A stretch of 64,000 bases of DNA from Synechococcales cyanobacterium VAR_4_metabat_354 (GTDB taxonomy: Bacteria > Cyanobacteriota > Cyanobacteriia > Cyanobacteriales > Chamaesiphonaceae). A model generated the notes under the pieces. That model was given only the letters and a program-made list of their open reading frames with translations. It had not been told where the DNA came from and did no database searches. The stretch spans positions 64,001-128,000 of the forward strand of contig JANOQI010000031.1 of the NCBI GenBank assembly GCA_031414775.1. Direction: 5' to 3'. Positions within the stretch are counted from its first letter, which is position 1; each line of letters starts with the position of its first letter. This document shows positions 1-9,991 of the stretch, piece by piece. Both the position numbers and the translations under genes were made by a program.

Positions 1-265
1 GGAGCAAATTGGGCAAATGATTCTAACAGCCGGAGATATTGCTGGGAGCAAGTCCGAGCGGCTATCGGTACGGATTGGCACCGAAAATTCTTGGGAACCC
101 ATGCACATCTGTACGTTAATCTCTAGCACCTATGGTCAAGATGACCTCTCGGTGGGTAGTATCAGCTTATTGGGACCGAAACGAATGCTGTACGAAAATG
201 CTATTCCCTTGGTGCAAGCGACTGCTGACTATATTTCTGAAGCTTTATCGGCATCCAAGATTTAG
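1..265 (+). CDS. hrcA: Heat-inducible transcription repressor HrcA, C-terminal part (truncated by window start)
   Basis: [18 protein letters not shown]...[20 protein letters not shown] matches the cyanobacterial HrcA C-terminus; adjacent to rph. Confidence 0.85.
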   Translation, partial: EQIGQMILTAGDIAGSKSERLSVRIGTENSWEPMHICTLISSTYGQDDLSVGSISLLGPKRMLYENAIPLVQATADYISEALSASKI

Positions 266-987
266 GGCTGTTTCATTGCCTGTTGCTGAGCCACAAAGAA
301 ATCATTAATGCCTTTTTCGGCCAAATCCAATAACTCGTTGAGCTGTTGGCGGCTAAAACTCTCTGTTTCAGCGGTGCCTTGGATTTCGATGAGCTGCTGC
401 TGAGCGTTCATTACCACATTAAAATCCACACTGGCTGCCACGTCTTCCTGGTAGTTTAAATCCAAATAGGCTTGGCCATCGACTAAACCCACCGAGACCG
501 CCGCTACTTGCTGCCGAAGTGGTGATTCTTGCATAGCGCCTTCAGCGATCAATCGATCAATCGCCCGCGCTAAGGCCACATAGCCGCCAGTGATGGCTGT
601 TGTTCTAGTACCAGCATCAGCCTGCAACACGTCAGCATCCACAATAATGGTTCTTTCGCCCAGGGCTTGCATGTCGAGGCTCGATCGCAAGCTGCGGCCA
701 ATTAATCTTTGAATTTCTTGGGTACGGCCAGAAAGCTTCATTAACTCTCGTTCCTGCCGCTGGGGTGTAGCGCCGGGGAGCATCCGATATTCGGCAGTCA
801 ACCAGCCCTGACCACTACCCGTCAAAAACTTAGGCACTTCATCTTTGACCGTTACGGTCGTTAAAACTTGGGTTTGACCACAGCGGGTCAGGACAGAGCT
901 GGTGGCAAAACTGGTATAGTCCAGCTGGAAAGAAATCGGGCGAATATCGTCAAAGGCCCGAGCATCGTGGCGTTTTTCCAGGGACAT
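262..987 (-). CDS. rph: Ribonuclease PH
   Basis: [45 protein letters not shown] motifs; ATG at 987 chosen as start. Confidence 0.97.
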   Translation of the reverse strand: MSLEKRHDARAFDDIRPISFQLDYTSFATSSVLTRCGQTQVLTTVTVKDEVPKFLTGSGQGWLTAEYRMLPGATPQRQERELMKLSGRTQEIQRLIGRSLRSSLDMQALGERTIIVDADVLQADAGTRTTAITGGYVALARAIDRLIAEGAMQESPLRQQVAAVSVGLVDGQAYLDLNYQEDVAASVDFNVVMNAQQQLIEIQGTAETESFSRQQLNELLDLAEKGINDFFVAQQQAMKQP

Positions 988-1167
988 GGCGATCGGGTAA
1001 AAAAGTTGCAAGTTTCCTATTCTAGTCGATCGATCTCTTAAAAAAAAGACCTTGACGGATCAAGATATTTAGTGTTTCATTATGAGTTCTGCTGGTAAAA
1101 CACGCTATATAGATGGTGTCTACCAAGTATTCCACATGCTACTTTGTCCTACGATCTCACAGTGCAT

Positions 1168-1635
1168 ATGATTGCCCAAATAAATCAGTTCGGTGCTAGT
1201 ACTTCTGACCGCGCAGTTACCAAAACCGCTAACAGCAGCCAAATTATCGGCGCAGCATTGCAAGCTGCGGCTGCTGGTCGGCGGGTTTTGGTGGTGCAAT
1301 TTCTTAAGGGCGGCTTACATCAAGGTCAAGACCATATGGTTAATCTGGCTCAAAACTTAGATTGGCTGCGGTCGGATTTGATGCGCCACTTCACAACCAG
1401 CGAGTTAAGTGAGCCAGAATCCAAATCTTTGGCCAGTCTGTGGCAACATGCCCAGCAATTGATTCGATCGCTGGAATACCAGTTAGTCATTCTCGAAGAC
1501 CTACAAGATCTCGTTCAGATGGGATCTGTCGAGCAAGCCGAAATAGAACAGCTACTGCGGACTTTGCCTACTTCTGTGGAGGTCGTGATTCCCGGAATCA
1601 CTGCCATGCAAGCCGCCGAGCGACAAGCTTCTTAA
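1168..1635 (+). CDS. Short CobO/BtuR-like (cob(I)alamin adenosyltransferase-like) protein
   Basis: VLVVQFLKGG.QG and YQLVIL motifs of the CobO family; no intact P-loop. Confidence 0.7.
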   Translation: MIAQINQFGASTSDRAVTKTANSSQIIGAALQAAAAGRRVLVVQFLKGGLHQGQDHMVNLAQNLDWLRSDLMRHFTTSELSEPESKSLASLWQHAQQLIRSLEYQLVILEDLQDLVQMGSVEQAEIEQLLRTLPTSVEVVIPGITAMQAAERQAS

Positions 1636-1692
1636 TGATATTTCATCAAGTTGCAATTTGATGAACAAGTGCTCTGCATTCAGGGCACTTTT

Positions 1693-1908
1693 TTAAGCAA
1701 AAGCGGCCAGTTGATCGAGTCGCAGCCAAACATTCGGCGTGGCCACTGCTCCAAACTTAACCAGCGCATAATCGCCGCGCACCTCAAGTATTTCACCCTT
1801 GGTCTTAAAAATATAATCGGAAAAGCGGCTGTCACTGGCCTGTGCTTCTAGGCTGTTCGCCAACTTTTCCGCCACCGCACATACAAAATCACCTTTTTTA
1901 ACAGCCAT
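1693..1908 (-). CDS. ndhO: NAD(P)H-quinone oxidoreductase subunit O
   Basis: MAVKKG..V.AV.EKL.NSLEA.ASD.R...YIF.TKGE...[12 protein letters not shown]. Confidence 0.92.
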   Translation of the reverse strand: MAVKKGDFVCAVAEKLANSLEAQASDSRFSDYIFKTKGEILEVRGDYALVKFGAVATPNVWLRLDQLAAFA

Positions 1909-1952
1909 ATTGCCCACCAAAATCTGTCTCAACTAGTTTAGCTCAATGCTGA

Positions 1953-2798
1953 TTAATGCTGACAAGTGGGGCAGTAGTGGGTGCCCCGTCCAGCGGCTCT
2001 AATTTTGACAATCGCGGTGCCACATTTCCTACAGGGTTCCCCTTGGCGGTTATAAACCCAAGCTAACCCGGCATAATTGCCATTGGTGCCCTCGACATTG
2101 AGGTAGTTGCTAAAGGTGGTGCCACCGGCCTCGATCGAGTCTTGTAGCACCTGGATGATAGCCAATCGCAGAACTTTAAGCTGGGCTTTTTGTAGATCAC
2201 TCGTGGTGGCAGTAGGCTGAATCCCGCTCAAAAACAGCGACTCATCGGCGTAAATATTGCCCACCCCAGCTACCACCGTTTGATCTAGAATCGCCGCCTT
2301 GATTTGTCGCTGGGAGCGATGTAGTCGATCGATAAAATACTGGAGACTAAATTCCTTACTAAACGGTTCGGGACCCAACTTTCCTAGTCCGCTAATGATT
2401 AATTCTGGTTGCTTGGTGGCCGATAACCACCACATTTTGCCAAAGGTGCGCTGATCGATAAACCTTAGTTCCTGACCTTGGGGCATCAAAAATCTGACCC
2501 GAGCATGTTTTTCTAACTCTTTTGGCTCTGTTAGCCACAGCAACTGGCCAGTCATCCGCAAATGCACACCGAGCCATCCCCTGGGAGTACGATCAGCATT
2601 AACGCACTCTGCCAGCAAGTATTTGCCCCGACGTTGCCACTGCTTAATGATGGCGCCAGTCATGCCCTGTACAAAATCAGCGACATCGGGGTGAGCGATC
2701 GTACTGGCGCGTAGCACTTCGACCTTGGTGATTGATCGATCGATACTAAACTGCTGCAATCCACGCCGGACAGTTTCTACTTCTGGCAATTCAGGCAT
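1953..2798 (-). CDS. mutM: Formamidopyrimidine-DNA glycosylase
   Basis: MPELPEVET start, RRGKYL, HLRMTG, GVGNIYADE, C-terminal CxxC..CxxC zinc finger. Confidence 0.98.
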   Translation of the reverse strand: MPELPEVETVRRGLQQFSIDRSITKVEVLRASTIAHPDVADFVQGMTGAIIKQWQRRGKYLLAECVNADRTPRGWLGVHLRMTGQLLWLTEPKELEKHARVRFLMPQGQELRFIDQRTFGKMWWLSATKQPELIISGLGKLGPEPFSKEFSLQYFIDRLHRSQRQIKAAILDQTVVAGVGNIYADESLFLSGIQPTATTSDLQKAQLKVLRLAIIQVLQDSIEAGGTTFSNYLNVEGTNGNYAGLAWVYNRQGEPCRKCGTAIVKIRAAGRGTHYCPTCQH

Positions 2799-2871
2799 GA
2801 ATTTACACAAATAAGGCCAGAGTCATTAAATCATTAATAACTCTAGCCTGGGAAGCAGATTGTTGAGCAAA

Positions 2872-3186
2872 TTAGCCTTCAGTATCAGCCGGAGCTTCAG
2901 CTTTAGGTGCTTCCACTTTAGAAGCAGCCGGCGGCTTGTTAGCCTTAGCCGCCGCTGGAGCTTTAGCTGGGAGGGGCGTACCCACTTCTGTTAACTCGCT
3001 AAGTGCAAAGTTATTAGTATTGATGCCGGTAGCTGAGCCACTGAAACCGCTGTAGTTAACTTTTTCAAAACGCACAATTACGTTGTATTTAATGCCACTC
3101 TGGTCGATGGAGGCAACGGTGCCAACATCATTGAACCAGTAAGATTCTTTACGTAAAATTCGCACTGTAGAACCGCGTTGTATCAT
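2872..3186 (-). CDS. psaE: Photosystem I subunit IV (PsaE) with an Ala/Pro/Lys-rich C-terminal extension
   Basis: [44 protein letters not shown]. Confidence 0.97.
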   Translation of the reverse strand: MIQRGSTVRILRKESYWFNDVGTVASIDQSGIKYNVIVRFEKVNYSGFSGSATGINTNNFALSELTEVGTPLPAKAPAAAKANKPPAASKVEAPKAEAPADTEG

Positions 3187-3268
3187 AACCGTTTTTTTTG
3201 ATGAAGTTTATACCGTCCAGATTACTACTCTAACTGGCGGTACAAGACTATTTAAACTTTAAGTTTTA

Positions 3269-3496
3269 TTAAAGATCGCTAGTTTTAGTGGTGCTTAAAG
3301 CCACCACACTCAGAGTAGTAAAGACTGGCAGCGCTAGTTTTGGGCCAATGGCCGAACCAGATATAATGCAGGCTGCTAGCGCCGTGACCGCATATTTTTT
3401 GCGACCTTGATGGCGGGCGATCGAAAAGGGAATTAGTCCTACTAAACCACCAAAAATGGTGCCAAAACCAACTAATTGTTCAATAGAATCAGGCAT
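3269..3496 (-). CDS. Small hypothetical membrane protein
   Basis: ORF with 2-3 hydrophobic segments; ATG at 3496 chosen as start. Confidence 0.65.
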   Translation of the reverse strand: MPDSIEQLVGFGTIFGGLVGLIPFSIARHQGRKKYAVTALAACIISGSAIGPKLALPVFTTLSVVALSTTKTSDL

Positions 3497-3608
3497 GGTG
3501 GTATATCTCAAATTTGATAGTGATTTACGTTGCCGCGCTTACAAATTAAAATGCCCAGAATGTTGACTGGTTCACCAGGCATAATTTTCAAACAGTAATG
3601 CTAATAAA

Positions 3609-4823
3609 CTAGATCTGCTTATGATATACTGGCTGAGTAACGATTTGGCGGATTGCTATTAAGCTTTCTGGATCATCATTGAGCAGTGTGACATAAGCTT
3701 CGCCCGGTGTTTCTATTTCACTGGATAGTTCCTCTAATAAATCCTGTTTTTTTTGCACCGTGGAAATTTGCTGTCGATCGAAGATAATACCTAACTGATA
3801 AGTATTCATAACTGGTAAAGATTTGATCGATGCGATTTTTAATAGATAAGTAGCTTGGATCGCCGCATGATGAGTAAGCTGTTGCACAATATCAGCTACT
3901 TGTTGATCGTCTAAATCATGTGCTTGGTAAGTAATTTCATTATTTGTAAAATTCTCAGTAGCGAGAGAAATTGCCAATTTCAATTGCTGATATTCAGCAG
4001 GCGATAGAATAGCAGATTCCACTTCTTGTATTTGGAGTTGACCTTTTTTATTAACCACCGTGGAATTAATGGAGAGCAACACTTCTTGCTGTCCGGTAGC
4101 AGCCACTGTTTTGGTATAAAGTTCTAAACTCCCGGCTTCTACTTTCTTGACCTGGGTATTGATCAAGATACCAGCCTCGCTCAACTGCGGAATTTTAATT
4201 AATACTAAAAATTCGTTCGCGGCCGCAGTTGTTATATTGCCTAAACGAGTTTTGTGCTGATACCAATCGTTAGAACTTTCACAAAAAGCCTCGGTGGCCA
4301 TCGCGCGCGGCATGGATATTGCTAAGTAAGAAATAATTGCTAATTCTACTAGCCAGTAGATCCCGGTGCCCGTTTCACCCATATCTTTGATGTTATAACG
4401 AGCAATCCGAACAATACCTAAACCTTTTTGATCCGGCACCGGAGTTTTATTGGTTGTTGTATTAGCCCCCGCAGAGATTGCTGGAGCTTGGGGTAATGAT
4501 TTGCGAGATTCAGCAAATTCTAGCCCCCGTAACGTGCCAAAAATGGTCAGCCCGGTCAGCAGTCCAAATAAGCTAGCTACCAACGGATTGCGGACTTTGC
4601 CAGATTTAACCGCCCATTTACTAAGCACGCCGCCCATGATGCCCATCCCGATTGGAAATAGGATAACTAGGTAAAAAAGTAGGGCAATTAGGTAAGTAAT
4701 GCCACCCGCAGCCGCACCGCCTACCAGAGCCGCTAATGTCATTTTTAGGAGGCCACTCTGCGGAACTATATTACTCGATTGGTAAGATTTCATATAATTG
4801 ATATCAAGTTGGCTAACTGCCAC
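3609..4823 (-). CDS. Hypothetical membrane protein (N-terminal TM helices, soluble C-terminal region)
   Basis: 404-aa ORF with a Gly-rich TM bundle; the start may be ATG 4793. Confidence 0.75.
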   Translation of the reverse strand: MAVSQLDINYMKSYQSSNIVPQSGLLKMTLAALVGGAAAGGITYLIALLFYLVILFPIGMGIMGGVLSKWAVKSGKVRNPLVASLFGLLTGLTIFGTLRGLEFAESRKSLPQAPAISAGANTTTNKTPVPDQKGLGIVRIARYNIKDMGETGTGIYWLVELAIISYLAISMPRAMATEAFCESSNDWYQHKTRLGNITTAAANEFLVLIKIPQLSEAGILINTQVKKVEAGSLELYTKTVAATGQQEVLLSINSTVVNKKGQLQIQEVESAILSPAEYQQLKLAISLATENFTNNEITYQAHDLDDQQVADIVQQLTHHAAIQATYLLKIASIKSLPVMNTYQLGIIFDRQQISTVQKKQDLLEELSSEIETPGEAYVTLLNDDPESLIAIRQIVTQPVYHKQI

Positions 4824-5001
4824 CGCTGCCGGTTAATGCGATCATCTTAGTTTTCTGACCTTTGTTGATGGTCATTGTGCCTGCAAAGCCAAAACAATTA
4901 CACTTTTTGATCACCAAAAAGATTTTTCAACGACACATAAACCATTATCAATAGCTAGAATTGGCTTTTCATCGCCATTCTTCAGAGATAAAACCCCGAA
5001 A

Positions 5002-5292
5002 CTAACCTTCCGCTTCACGCTTAATGGCTGCCTCCCCTCCAATTTTGGCAGCCACCCAACCCAAAGTCCCCACCACCACCACGGCAATTACGGTAGCGGC
5101 AATGGCATAAGTGTAGAGAGCTGATAAAGATTTACCTTGACCCATAATTTCTTGAACATGGGTTTTGATCGCCTCATTCCAGGCCAAAGCTGCGACCAAC
5201 CCCAAAGAAGCAGAGGAGAGCGTAATCATGGTTTGGAGAAACATCCGCACAGTTTCTAAGGATTTGGCTGTAATGTTATTGCGTCTGGACAT
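5002..5292 (-). CDS. DUF5654-like small membrane protein
   Basis: MITL..ASLGLVAALAWNEAIK...YAI.ATVIAVVV pattern. Confidence 0.75.
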   Translation of the reverse strand: MSRRNNITAKSLETVRMFLQTMITLSSASLGLVAALAWNEAIKTHVQEIMGQGKSLSALYTYAIAATVIAVVVVGTLGWVAAKIGGEAAIKREAEG

Positions 5293-5420
5293 AGTATTTC
5301 TATCAAAACAGTGCCACAGATATTAACAGGAGTTTGCCTCATCTGCAAAGAGTGTCCACATTGGATCGGATGCGAGGCGGTTTGGATTATCATGTGGGTT
5401 CTGTTGCCCAGCCTTTCTCC

Positions 5421-7898
5421 ATGAAATCCCTGCAATCTGATGTCATCAATCATTCATCAATCACGGCGGCCAACTGGGTGGAAGTTCTAGTCGATTGCCC
5501 AGGTTTACAGGGACTTTACACTTATCAAAAACCCCATAGCACTGACATCCAAGCTGGGGATATTGTATCGGTGCCTTTTGGGAATCGCACTCTGGGCGGA
5601 ATTGTGGTGCAGCTCATGACCCAACTGCCGCCGGGATTGGCGGTAGAGCAAATTAAAGAAGTGAGCGAAGTCGTCTGCACCGGATTTTTCTCGATCAATT
5701 ACTGGGATTTATTATTGCGGGTCGCCGATTACTACCATACGCCCCTGCTTCAGGTGATTCGAATTGCGCTGCCACCGGGGATTTTGAACAGATCCCAGCG
5801 CCGGGTGCGGCTCATCGCCAAAAAACACCTGATTGAACAATCGCTGCCCAACTTGAATGCTACTGCTTGCCAGCTGTTAGCACTCTTACAAGCTAGCCCG
5901 GACGGTGATTACACTTGGCAGTTCCTAACCCGCAAAGTACGTAATAGTCGATCGGGGATGCAGCAACTTCATAATTTAAAAATAGTAGCCTCTTATATCG
6001 AGCGCCCCAAGCTGGCCAAACCCAAGCAACAGCAGGTCATTATTCTGACCGGCGATCCGCGCAATTTAGAATTAACCAAACGGCAAAAAGAAGTGCTGCT
6101 GTGTTTACAGCAACAAAGCGGCGAAATGCTCTGGTCAGAATTTCAAAAAATTGCCCACACCAGCAAAGGGTTTGTCGAAAAATTAGCGAGTGATGGCTAT
6201 GTGCAGATTGTCGATCGAGAAATTTTACGGCGCGATCAAACAGCCGGAATTTGGCAAGAAGATATTCAGCACCAGTTGACTGCTGACCAAGCCCAGGCGA
6301 TCGACAAAATTGAGAATTTGTTGCATACCTCTACCACAATTTTGCTCCACGGGGTAACGGGTTCTGGTAAAACCGAAGTCTATCTGCGCACCATCCAAAC
6401 TGTCTTAAATCATCAACAATCAGTACTGATGTTGGTGCCAGAGATTGGTCTTACACCCCAGTTAACCGACAGATTTCGGGCGCGGTTTGGCGACAGAGTA
6501 TTGGTCTATCACAGTGCCTTGAGTGACGGTGAACGCTATGACACCTGGCGACAGATGCTTTTGCCCCAACCCCAAATTATTATTGGCACCAGATCAGCGA
6601 TCTTTGCCCCGCTCCCCAACTTGGGGTTAATCGTGCTGGATGAAGAGCATGACGGTAGCTTTAAGCAGGATCAACCGATGCCTACTTATCACGCCCGGTT
6701 GGTGGCTGAGTGGCGATCGACACTCGCCAACTGTCCGTTGGTGTTGGGTTCGGCGACTCCGGCGCTCGAAAGCTGGGTGGCTGCTACCGATCGCCCGAAT
6801 TGGCACTATCTCTCCTTACCTGAGCGGGTGACTGGTCGCGACCTGCCCACTGTCGATGTGGTAGATATGCGTGAGGAACTGAAAAACGGCAATCGATCGA
6901 TCTTTAGTCAATCACTACAAACGGCTCTGGCCGATCTAAAGTCTGGTCAAGAGCAAGCCATTTTATTTATTCATCGACGCGGCCATAGTACTTTTGTTAG
7001 TTGTCGGGCTTGCGGTAATACCTTAGACTGTCCCCATTGTGATGTGTCTTTGGCTTACCATCAGCATTCGGTGGATAGCAATAACCAGCCCCTGTTGCGC
7101 TGTCACTACTGTAACCACTTAGCCGTTCAGCCCAAGCGTTGTCCTGTTTGCGATTCACCGCAGCTCAAGTTTTTTGGTAGTGGCACCCAAAAAGTGACTG
7201 AAGAATTAGCTAAAAGCTGTCCAGAATTGCGCTGCTTACGGTTTGATAGCGACACGACCCGCAATAAAGGTGCTCATCGTAAAATTTTGACTAGCTTTGC
7301 CCAGGGAGAAGCTGATGTGCTGGTGGGCACACAGATGCTAGCCAAGGGTATCGATTTGCCCCAAGTTACCCTGGTGGGAATTGTGACGGCCGATGGATTG
7401 TTGAACATGCCAGATTATCGATCGGCTGAACGTACTTTTCAGGTTTTAACTCAGGTGGCAGGACGTTGTGGGCGGGGCGAACAGCCCGGTCGCGCCATTT
7501 TACAAACATACAATCCGGAGCATTCGACAATTCAGGCGGTGCGGAGCCAAAATTATCAGCAGTTTATTGATCAAGAATTGGTGGCTCGCGAGCAGTGGGC
7601 TTACCCACCCTACGGTCGAATTGTGCTTTTGCGTTTTAGTAGTGCCGATGCCGAGTTGGTGGAAGCCGTCACCGAGCGGGTGGCTGAGCAACTGATCACG
7701 GTGGCAGCTGATCGATATCAAGTATTAGGTCCCACCCCCGCTGTAGTGATGCGGGTGGCCAATCGGTATCGCTGGCAGATTATGCTAAAGTACTGGCCGG
7801 AAGCATCGATCCAACTGCCCGATGTAGCTACTATTTACGATAGCTTGGGGGACAAAGTAAGTATGTCGATCGATGTGGAACCGTTAAACTTTTTGTAG
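5421..7898 (+). CDS. priA: Primosomal protein N' (replication restart helicase)
   Basis: GVTGSGKTEVY, DEEHD, two CxxC pairs, GTQMLAKG.D, QVAGR.GR; start uncertain. Confidence 0.97.
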   Translation: MKSLQSDVINHSSITAANWVEVLVDCPGLQGLYTYQKPHSTDIQAGDIVSVPFGNRTLGGIVVQLMTQLPPGLAVEQIKEVSEVVCTGFFSINYWDLLLRVADYYHTPLLQVIRIALPPGILNRSQRRVRLIAKKHLIEQSLPNLNATACQLLALLQASPDGDYTWQFLTRKVRNSRSGMQQLHNLKIVASYIERPKLAKPKQQQVIILTGDPRNLELTKRQKEVLLCLQQQSGEMLWSEFQKIAHTSKGFVEKLASDGYVQIVDREILRRDQTAGIWQEDIQHQLTADQAQAIDKIENLLHTSTTILLHGVTGSGKTEVYLRTIQTVLNHQQSVLMLVPEIGLTPQLTDRFRARFGDRVLVYHSALSDGERYDTWRQMLLPQPQIIIGTRSAIFAPLPNLGLIVLDEEHDGSFKQDQPMPTYHARLVAEWRSTLANCPLVLGSATPALESWVAATDRPNWHYLSLPERVTGRDLPTVDVVDMREELKNGNRSIFSQSLQTALADLKSGQEQAILFIHRRGHSTFVSCRACGNTLDCPHCDVSLAYHQHSVDSNNQPLLRCHYCNHLAVQPKRCPVCDSPQLKFFGSGTQKVTEELAKSCPELRCLRFDSDTTRNKGAHRKILTSFAQGEADVLVGTQMLAKGIDLPQVTLVGIVTADGLLNMPDYRSAERTFQVLTQVAGRCGRGEQPGRAILQTYNPEHSTIQAVRSQNYQQFIDQELVAREQWAYPPYGRIVLLRFSSADAELVEAVTERVAEQLITVAADRYQVLGPTPAVVMRVANRYRWQIMLKYWPEASIQLPDVATIYDSLGDKVSMSIDVEPLNFL

Positions 7899-7917
7899 GG
7901 CTAGTGGTAAGAATCTG

Positions 7918-8541
7918 ATGCGAGTCAAAATCTGTGGCATTACGAAGTTAGAGCAAGGGCGATCGATCGCGAAACTAGGAGCCACTGACCTAGGATTTAT
8001 CTGTGTGGCGGCTTCACCGCGCTATGTGAGCAATAAACAATTAGCAGACTTAGTGCCACCTTTAGCTCCACTAGTGAACTGCGTGGGTGTGTTTGCAGAT
8101 GCGACCATCGCCACCGTCGTAGAAACTACCCAGATTGCCAACTTTGGTTCAGTACAACTACATGGCCAAGAAACCTCCTCCTACTGCCAAGAACTCCGGC
8201 AACAGTTGGATAAACTTGAAATTATTAAGGCTTGGCGGGTCAAAAGTAATGAAGATTTAAAAGTGATCGGTAGGTACAGTGCGGTAGTTGATACCCTATT
8301 GCTAGATGCCTACCATCCCCAGGCTTTAGGCGGAACTGGGCACACCTTAGATTGGCCGCAATTACTGGAGTTTAATCCAACCGTGCCCTGGTTCTTAGCA
8401 GGTGGCTTAAACCCCGACAATGTTCGATCGGCACTGTCCCAACTGCAACCAGCAGGCATTGATCTTTCTAGTGGGGTGGAAATTAGTCCTGGCCATAAAG
8501 ACTTAAAGCAAGTAAAGAGGTTGTTTCAGGCATTAATTTAA
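7918..8541 (+). CDS. trpF: Phosphoribosylanthranilate isomerase
   Basis: VKICGIT, SPRYV, QLHG.E, GGTG, LAGGL.P.NV, DLSSGVE. Confidence 0.97.
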   Translation: MRVKICGITKLEQGRSIAKLGATDLGFICVAASPRYVSNKQLADLVPPLAPLVNCVGVFADATIATVVETTQIANFGSVQLHGQETSSYCQELRQQLDKLEIIKAWRVKSNEDLKVIGRYSAVVDTLLLDAYHPQALGGTGHTLDWPQLLEFNPTVPWFLAGGLNPDNVRSALSQLQPAGIDLSSGVEISPGHKDLKQVKRLFQALI

Positions 8542-8560
8542 GACATGATTAGGTGAAATA

Positions 8561-9856
8561 TTAATCTTCAATCCGGCGCTCTAAAGCATCGATATCAGCT
8601 AGCATTCCTTCAGCCTTGGCCAGAGCATTGATCGCTCGTTCTAGTTTGCCAAGTGAAGTTGATGAATACTCAATGAGATTAGAATATTTCATGAAATTCT
8701 CCACTCCCAGACCACTGCTAAAGCTGGCCGTGCCAGAGGTCGGGACACTAGAATTTGGTCCAGCAATATAGTTGTTTACGGCGGTGGGGGTATGACCACC
8801 CAGCAATATCGTGCCCGCATGTCGGAACGAACTTGCTAACTCCCACGGCTCTTCCACCCACAGCATTACCTGGGAAGGGGCAAACTGGTTGGTTAACTCC
8901 ACCGCTTGACTGATTTTGTCTACTACCACAATTAGACAATGATGGGCGATCGCTTTTTCGGTGAGGAGTGATTGGGACCTATCGGCTAGTTGCTTGGCCA
9001 CAATCAGCTGTACTTGCTCGGCCAAATCTCGATCATTGGTGATCAAAATCGCAGCGGCTAAGATATCGCGGGCGGCTTGCGCCAATAAATCGGCGGCAAT
9101 AATCCCGGCGCGGGCTTGCTCATCGGCCACAATCACCAATTCTGGAGAACAGGCGATCGCATCGATCCCCACTACGCCAGAGACCAGTTGCTTGGCTAAT
9201 GTCACATACATATTGCCAGGACCAGCAATTAAATCCACCTTGGGAATGGTCTCCGTCCCATAGGCTAAGGCGGCGATGGCCTGTGCGCCGCCGACCCGAT
9301 AAATTTCTTTCACCCCGGCAACTTGCGCGGCCACTAATACAGCTGCTGGTATCGAGCCGTCGGCATTAGGGGGGGTGACCATCACTAAGCGCCCCACCCC
9401 GGCAACTTGTGCCGGAATGGCATTCATCAGCACCGTACTGGGATAACCCATCCGGCCCCGGGGAATATACAGTCCCGCTCGATCGACTGGTCGGTATTGA
9501 CGACCCAACGTGACATCATCTGGCGCAAAATGCACCCAAGACTTGGGTAAGTGCAATCGATGAAAGGCCGTAATTTGAGCGGCGGCCACTTCCATAGCTT
9601 GCAAGAGTTCAGGGGAAACTTGTTGATAAGCCACATCCAAATCCGATCCACTGACCCGCAGCTGATCAATGGGTAAGCTCTGACAGTCGTACTCGGCGGT
9701 GTATTGAAGTAGCGCACTATCTCCTTGTCGCCGCACTGTCTGGATGATTTCTCTGACGGTTGCCTCTTTATGGACAACTTGGTCATCTTGGTGGCGAGAG
9801 CGGATTCGAGCCAACTCTTGCTGGGCTTCAGCCAGCTGAGTAATAATGCGCAGCAT
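8561..9856 (-). CDS. hisD: Histidinol dehydrogenase homolog, apparently catalytically degenerate
   Basis: Full-length HisD (HKEATVREI, STVLMNAIPA, GGAQAIAALAYGTETIPKVD, GPGN.YV), but QAEHD>QAARD, PEH>PSQ, GDY>NNY, NHTLP>NSSVP. Confidence 0.9.
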   Translation of the reverse strand: MLRIITQLAEAQQELARIRSRHQDDQVVHKEATVREIIQTVRRQGDSALLQYTAEYDCQSLPIDQLRVSGSDLDVAYQQVSPELLQAMEVAAAQITAFHRLHLPKSWVHFAPDDVTLGRQYRPVDRAGLYIPRGRMGYPSTVLMNAIPAQVAGVGRLVMVTPPNADGSIPAAVLVAAQVAGVKEIYRVGGAQAIAALAYGTETIPKVDLIAGPGNMYVTLAKQLVSGVVGIDAIACSPELVIVADEQARAGIIAADLLAQAARDILAAAILITNDRDLAEQVQLIVAKQLADRSQSLLTEKAIAHHCLIVVVDKISQAVELTNQFAPSQVMLWVEEPWELASSFRHAGTILLGGHTPTAVNNYIAGPNSSVPTSGTASFSSGLGVENFMKYSNLIEYSSTSLGKLERAINALAKAEGMLADIDALERRIED

Positions 9857-9991
9857 GGTGTGGATCGCCAAGGTAATGGTTCTCCTAGCTTAACGCGATT
9901 TTATGGGGTTCAGCTAATTTACTCTTAGGAAAGCTGTGACAGAAGATTTATACTAGAACTGGACAAATTCCAACACCTTCAAGCAATTAAT

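Noticed and set aside
1098..1120. NrdR-box-like sequence upstream of the CobO-like gene
   Set aside because: Only about 10/16 by hand, single copy, and no nucleotide-metabolism gene follows
1168..1635. P-loop-less CobO paralog as a novelty
   Set aside because: A short degenerate CobO-like gene beside rph is common in cyanobacteria as I recall; an intact cobO is at 39908
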